Source of the DNA: Chlorokybus atmophyticus
Taxonomy: Eukaryota > Plantae > Mesostigma and Chlorokybus algae
Length of the DNA: 64,000 bases
Direction of reading: 5' to 3'
Assembly: GCA_009103225.1 (NCBI GenBank)
Contig: RHPI01000585.1
Coordinates: forward strand, 1-64,000
A model generated the notes under the pieces. That model searched no databases and was not told the origin of the DNA. It saw only the letters and a list, made by a program, of their open reading frames with translations. Of the stretch, positions 60,992 to 64,000 are shown piece by piece. Numbering within the stretch: the first letter of the stretch is position 1; each line of letters begins with the position of its first letter. The position numbers and the translations under genes were made by a program.

Positions 60992-63900
60992 CTGGAGAGG
61001 CTCCTGCTGAGGTGGTGATGCAGCCTCACTATGATGTTGAATGTCCAGCGGCTGGCGTGGAAGCGTTGTTGACGGTTGGCGGCATGTGCGCAACGGCAAC
61101 GCAAAGCGGTATGGTTCGAGTGCCCGACAAGGCGAGGCAGCTGTTGGGAGTCATGGCTCTGATCCGTGAGGGCAATGGGCCATGGATGGAGTGCAAGATG
61201 CTGGTGGATTGCGGCGCGAACAGCAATTTCATGAGTCGTGAGGTTGCGCGTCGGCACAAGTGGTTGTCATGGGCAAATGCCGGCTCGGTGGCTCTAGCGG
61301 ACGGCTATGCGCCAGCAGGAGGAGCTTCCAAGCAAAGCAAAGAGCTTGAAATGCACGTGGGGATGATGAAGGATCGCCTACGGTTTTGCTGCATCGAGCT
61401 GAACAACGGCTTTGATGGCATTTTGGGGCTGCCTTGGCTTTGGTCACATAACCCCGCCATTGATTGGAGGAAGCGGGTGCTCACTACCCCGGAAGCTGGT
61501 GGTGAGGTTTTGATGTGCTTCAATGCTTCAATGCAAGGCGCGTGTGTGGTTCAAGAGCGTGTGAGCTGCGTCGAGGCTGCTAGCAATGTGCTGCATGCGC
61601 GTGACGCGCACGACACGACGGCGCGCCAGCAAGCTGCACCACAACATGCTTCTAGCTCAAGGGGAGGGGTTCCAGAGCTGGTGTCACAAGTTTCTAAGAC
61701 CAAGATGGAGCAGATCTGGTCCGGGAACAATGTGAAGGATGCATGGCTGTGCATGGTGCGTGAGACACCTCCCAAGTCGGACTTGGAGCTGGTCGGCACT
61801 GGTTCGGAGAGTTCGAAGGACCCCGAGGTGCAGAGGTTGCTTGAAGAGTTCAAAGACGTCATGGTGGATGGGCTACCAGCTGGTCTGCCACCCACGCGAA
61901 GTGTTGATCACCGTGTGGAACTGATAGAGGGCGTGCACAAGCCGCCGTACCGACCGGTGTACAAGTTGTCTCCGGCTGAACTCGAAGAGGCGAGGAGCCA
62001 AGTCGAGGACCTTCTACAACGTGGGTACATCAGGCACAGCAAGTCTCCTTACGGTGCACCTATCCTATTTGTACGTAAGAAGAGCGGAGCCTTGCGCATG
62101 TGCATCGACTATCGGCCACTCAACAACATCACCAAGAAGAATGTGTTCCCTTTGCCACGCATTGATGAGTTGTTGGAGCAGCTCGAGGGTGCTGAGTTCT
62201 TCTCAAGCTTGGACCTAGCTGGTGGCTACCATCAGATCCGTGTTGCGCCCGAAGACGTTGAGAAGACGGCTTTCAACACTCGCTATGGCCACTATGAGTG
62301 GTTGGTGATGTCCTTTGGCATGACAAATGCTCCGGCAACCTTTCAAACCTTGATGAATGAGGTCTTTGCTGATCTGATTGGCAAGGGCGTGCTAGTGTAC
62401 CTCGACGACATCCTTGTGTACACAAAGAGCAAGAGAGAGCACGTGGCATTGCTACACGAGGTGATGCAGCGTTTACGTACACACAAGTTGTTTGCTCAGC
62501 TCAACAAGTGCCGCTTCTTGCTTGAAGAGGTAGAATACCTTGGCCACATTGTATCCAAGAAAGGAATCAAGGCAGATCCAAGCAAGCTTGCCGCGGTGCG
62601 CGATTGGGCTGCCCCGAAGGACGTGAAGGGTGTCATGTCGTTCCTAGGGCTTGCCGGCTACTATCGTAAGTTTGTAAAGGGCTTTTCGCACTTGGCGGCA
62701 CCATTGACGGCATTGTTGAGGAAGGGGGTGGCTTGGAGCTGGTCGGAGGCTGCAACAAAGGCATTTTCCGACTTGAAAGAGGCCCTGACATCGGCTCCCG
62801 TGCTGCTGCATCCCAACATGCAATTGCCCTTTGTGGTGGCGTGTGATGCGTCCGACAAGGCTATTGGGGCTGTTTTGCAGCAGGATCACGGCAACGGCTT
62901 GCAACCGGTGGCCTATTTCAGCAAGAAGATGAGCGGGGCTGAGCTCAACTACCCCGTTCATGAGAAGGAATTGCTGGCGCAGGTGCTAGCGCTACGGCAA
63001 TGGCGTTGTTTCCTTGAAGGCAAGCGGTTCACACTTGAGACGGACCACTCGCCATTAAGGTACCTTCAAACGCAGCCTCACCTCTCACGGCGGCAAGCTC
63101 GTTGGCTCGAGTTCTTCCAACTCTTCGACTTTGAAGTGAAGTACAAGCCGGGCTCTTCAAATAAGGTTGCGGACGCATTAAGCCGTCAACTCAACGCGCT
63201 TGAAACGGTGGTGCAAGTGCAGCCCAAGTGGCTTGACCAGATCCGTGCCTTATTGCATGAGGACGCGGTGGGGGAGAAGGCCACTGAGGCGTTGGAGAAT
63301 GGGACTGAACATAGCGGCCTTTGGGCATTGAAGGACGGGCTGCTATGGCATGGCGATCGCATGTACATACCCAACATTGCGCACATGCGCGTGGCATTGA
63401 TGAAGGAAGCGCATAATGTGCCAATGGCTGGTCATCAAGGGCTGGAACGGACACTAGCCTTGTTGAAACAGAAATTTTTCTGGTCGGATATGCATCGTGA
63501 CGTTAAGGACTATGTGGCATTGTGCGACACTTGTCAAAGGGTGAAGGCGAGCAATCAACGCGCCAGTGGGCTGCTCCAACCATTGCCGATACCTTTGGCG
63601 AAGTGGGAGCAAGTTACTCTTGACTTCATCACGGGGCTGCCACGGACACGTGAAGGGCATGATGCTATCTTGGTGTTTGTGGACAAGACTAGCAAAATGG
63701 TGCGATTGGCGCCATGTACGGAGACTTGCACAGCTCCCGAGGCTGCCAAGTTGTTCATCAAGCATGTGGTGCGCTCTCATGGCCTTTCAAGAAGCATTAT
63801 CAGTGATAGAGACCCGCGGTTTACTGGCAACTTTTGGAGAGCTCTCCACGCAACTCTAGGCACGAGCTTGAAGTTCAGCACCGCGTACCACCCTGAAACG

Positions 63901-64000
63901 GACGGCCAAACGGAGCGCGCCAACCGCGTCATCGAAGACATGCTACGGTGCTATGTGAACAGCCGCCAAGACAATTGGGGAGACATGCTGGAGCTGATTG
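60976..64000 (+). CDS. pol: Gypsy-2 pol in the -1 frame, apparently uninterrupted to the window end
   Basis: From GGGAAAC the -1 frame reads GKRLTSVAGE...LVDCGANSNF (PR), LRMCIDYRPLN, YLDDIL, ACDASD, TDHSPL, then the integrase start. The ORF track lists no long plus-strand ORF here, consistent with no stop before 64000. Confidence 0.88.

Larger units (their letters stand above)
59216..64000 (+). mobile_element. Ty3/Gypsy element Gypsy-2 (5' part; related to Gypsy-1)
   Basis: 5' LTR 59216-59857 (tgtaac...gttaca); PBS tggtatcggagc 59859-59870; gag and pol follow and run off the window. Confidence 0.95.

Overview
Eukaryotic nuclear DNA. The near land-plant tRNA-Gly, plant-type mitochondrial rRNA fragment, Ole e I/extensin gene and short GT-AG introns suggest a streptophyte green alga (inference; species not determined). 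The window is dominated by transposable elements: a full-length L1/Tx1-like LINE with TSD, three pogo-type DDE_1 DNA transposons (one carrying a mitochondrial LSU rRNA insertion), two Ty3/Gypsy elements (one complete chromovirus, one running off the window with an apparently open pol), a complete Ty1/Copia with half-tRNA PBS, a Penelope-like remnant, an AT-flanked TIR family, and two Plavaka-like transposase loci. Host genes are a 4-exon Ole e I + extensin-like proline-rich protein, an 8-exon secreted beta-helix protein resembling bacterial GH110-like enzymes, and one tRNA-Gly(GCC). Best leads: (1) both Plavaka-like loci show a divergent two-gene layout, with an unknown spliced partner gene and shared GTACCAT-N2-4-ATGGTAC palindromes between the genes; (2) both Gypsy elements conserve a -1 frameshift heptamer plus a covarying H-type pseudoknot; (3) a possibly bacterial-derived, intron-containing beta-helix hydrolase; (4) a possible dead NUDIX-like domain in LINE ORF1. 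All family assignments come from reading motifs by eye, with no database searches. Several N gaps and single-n joins limit certainty.
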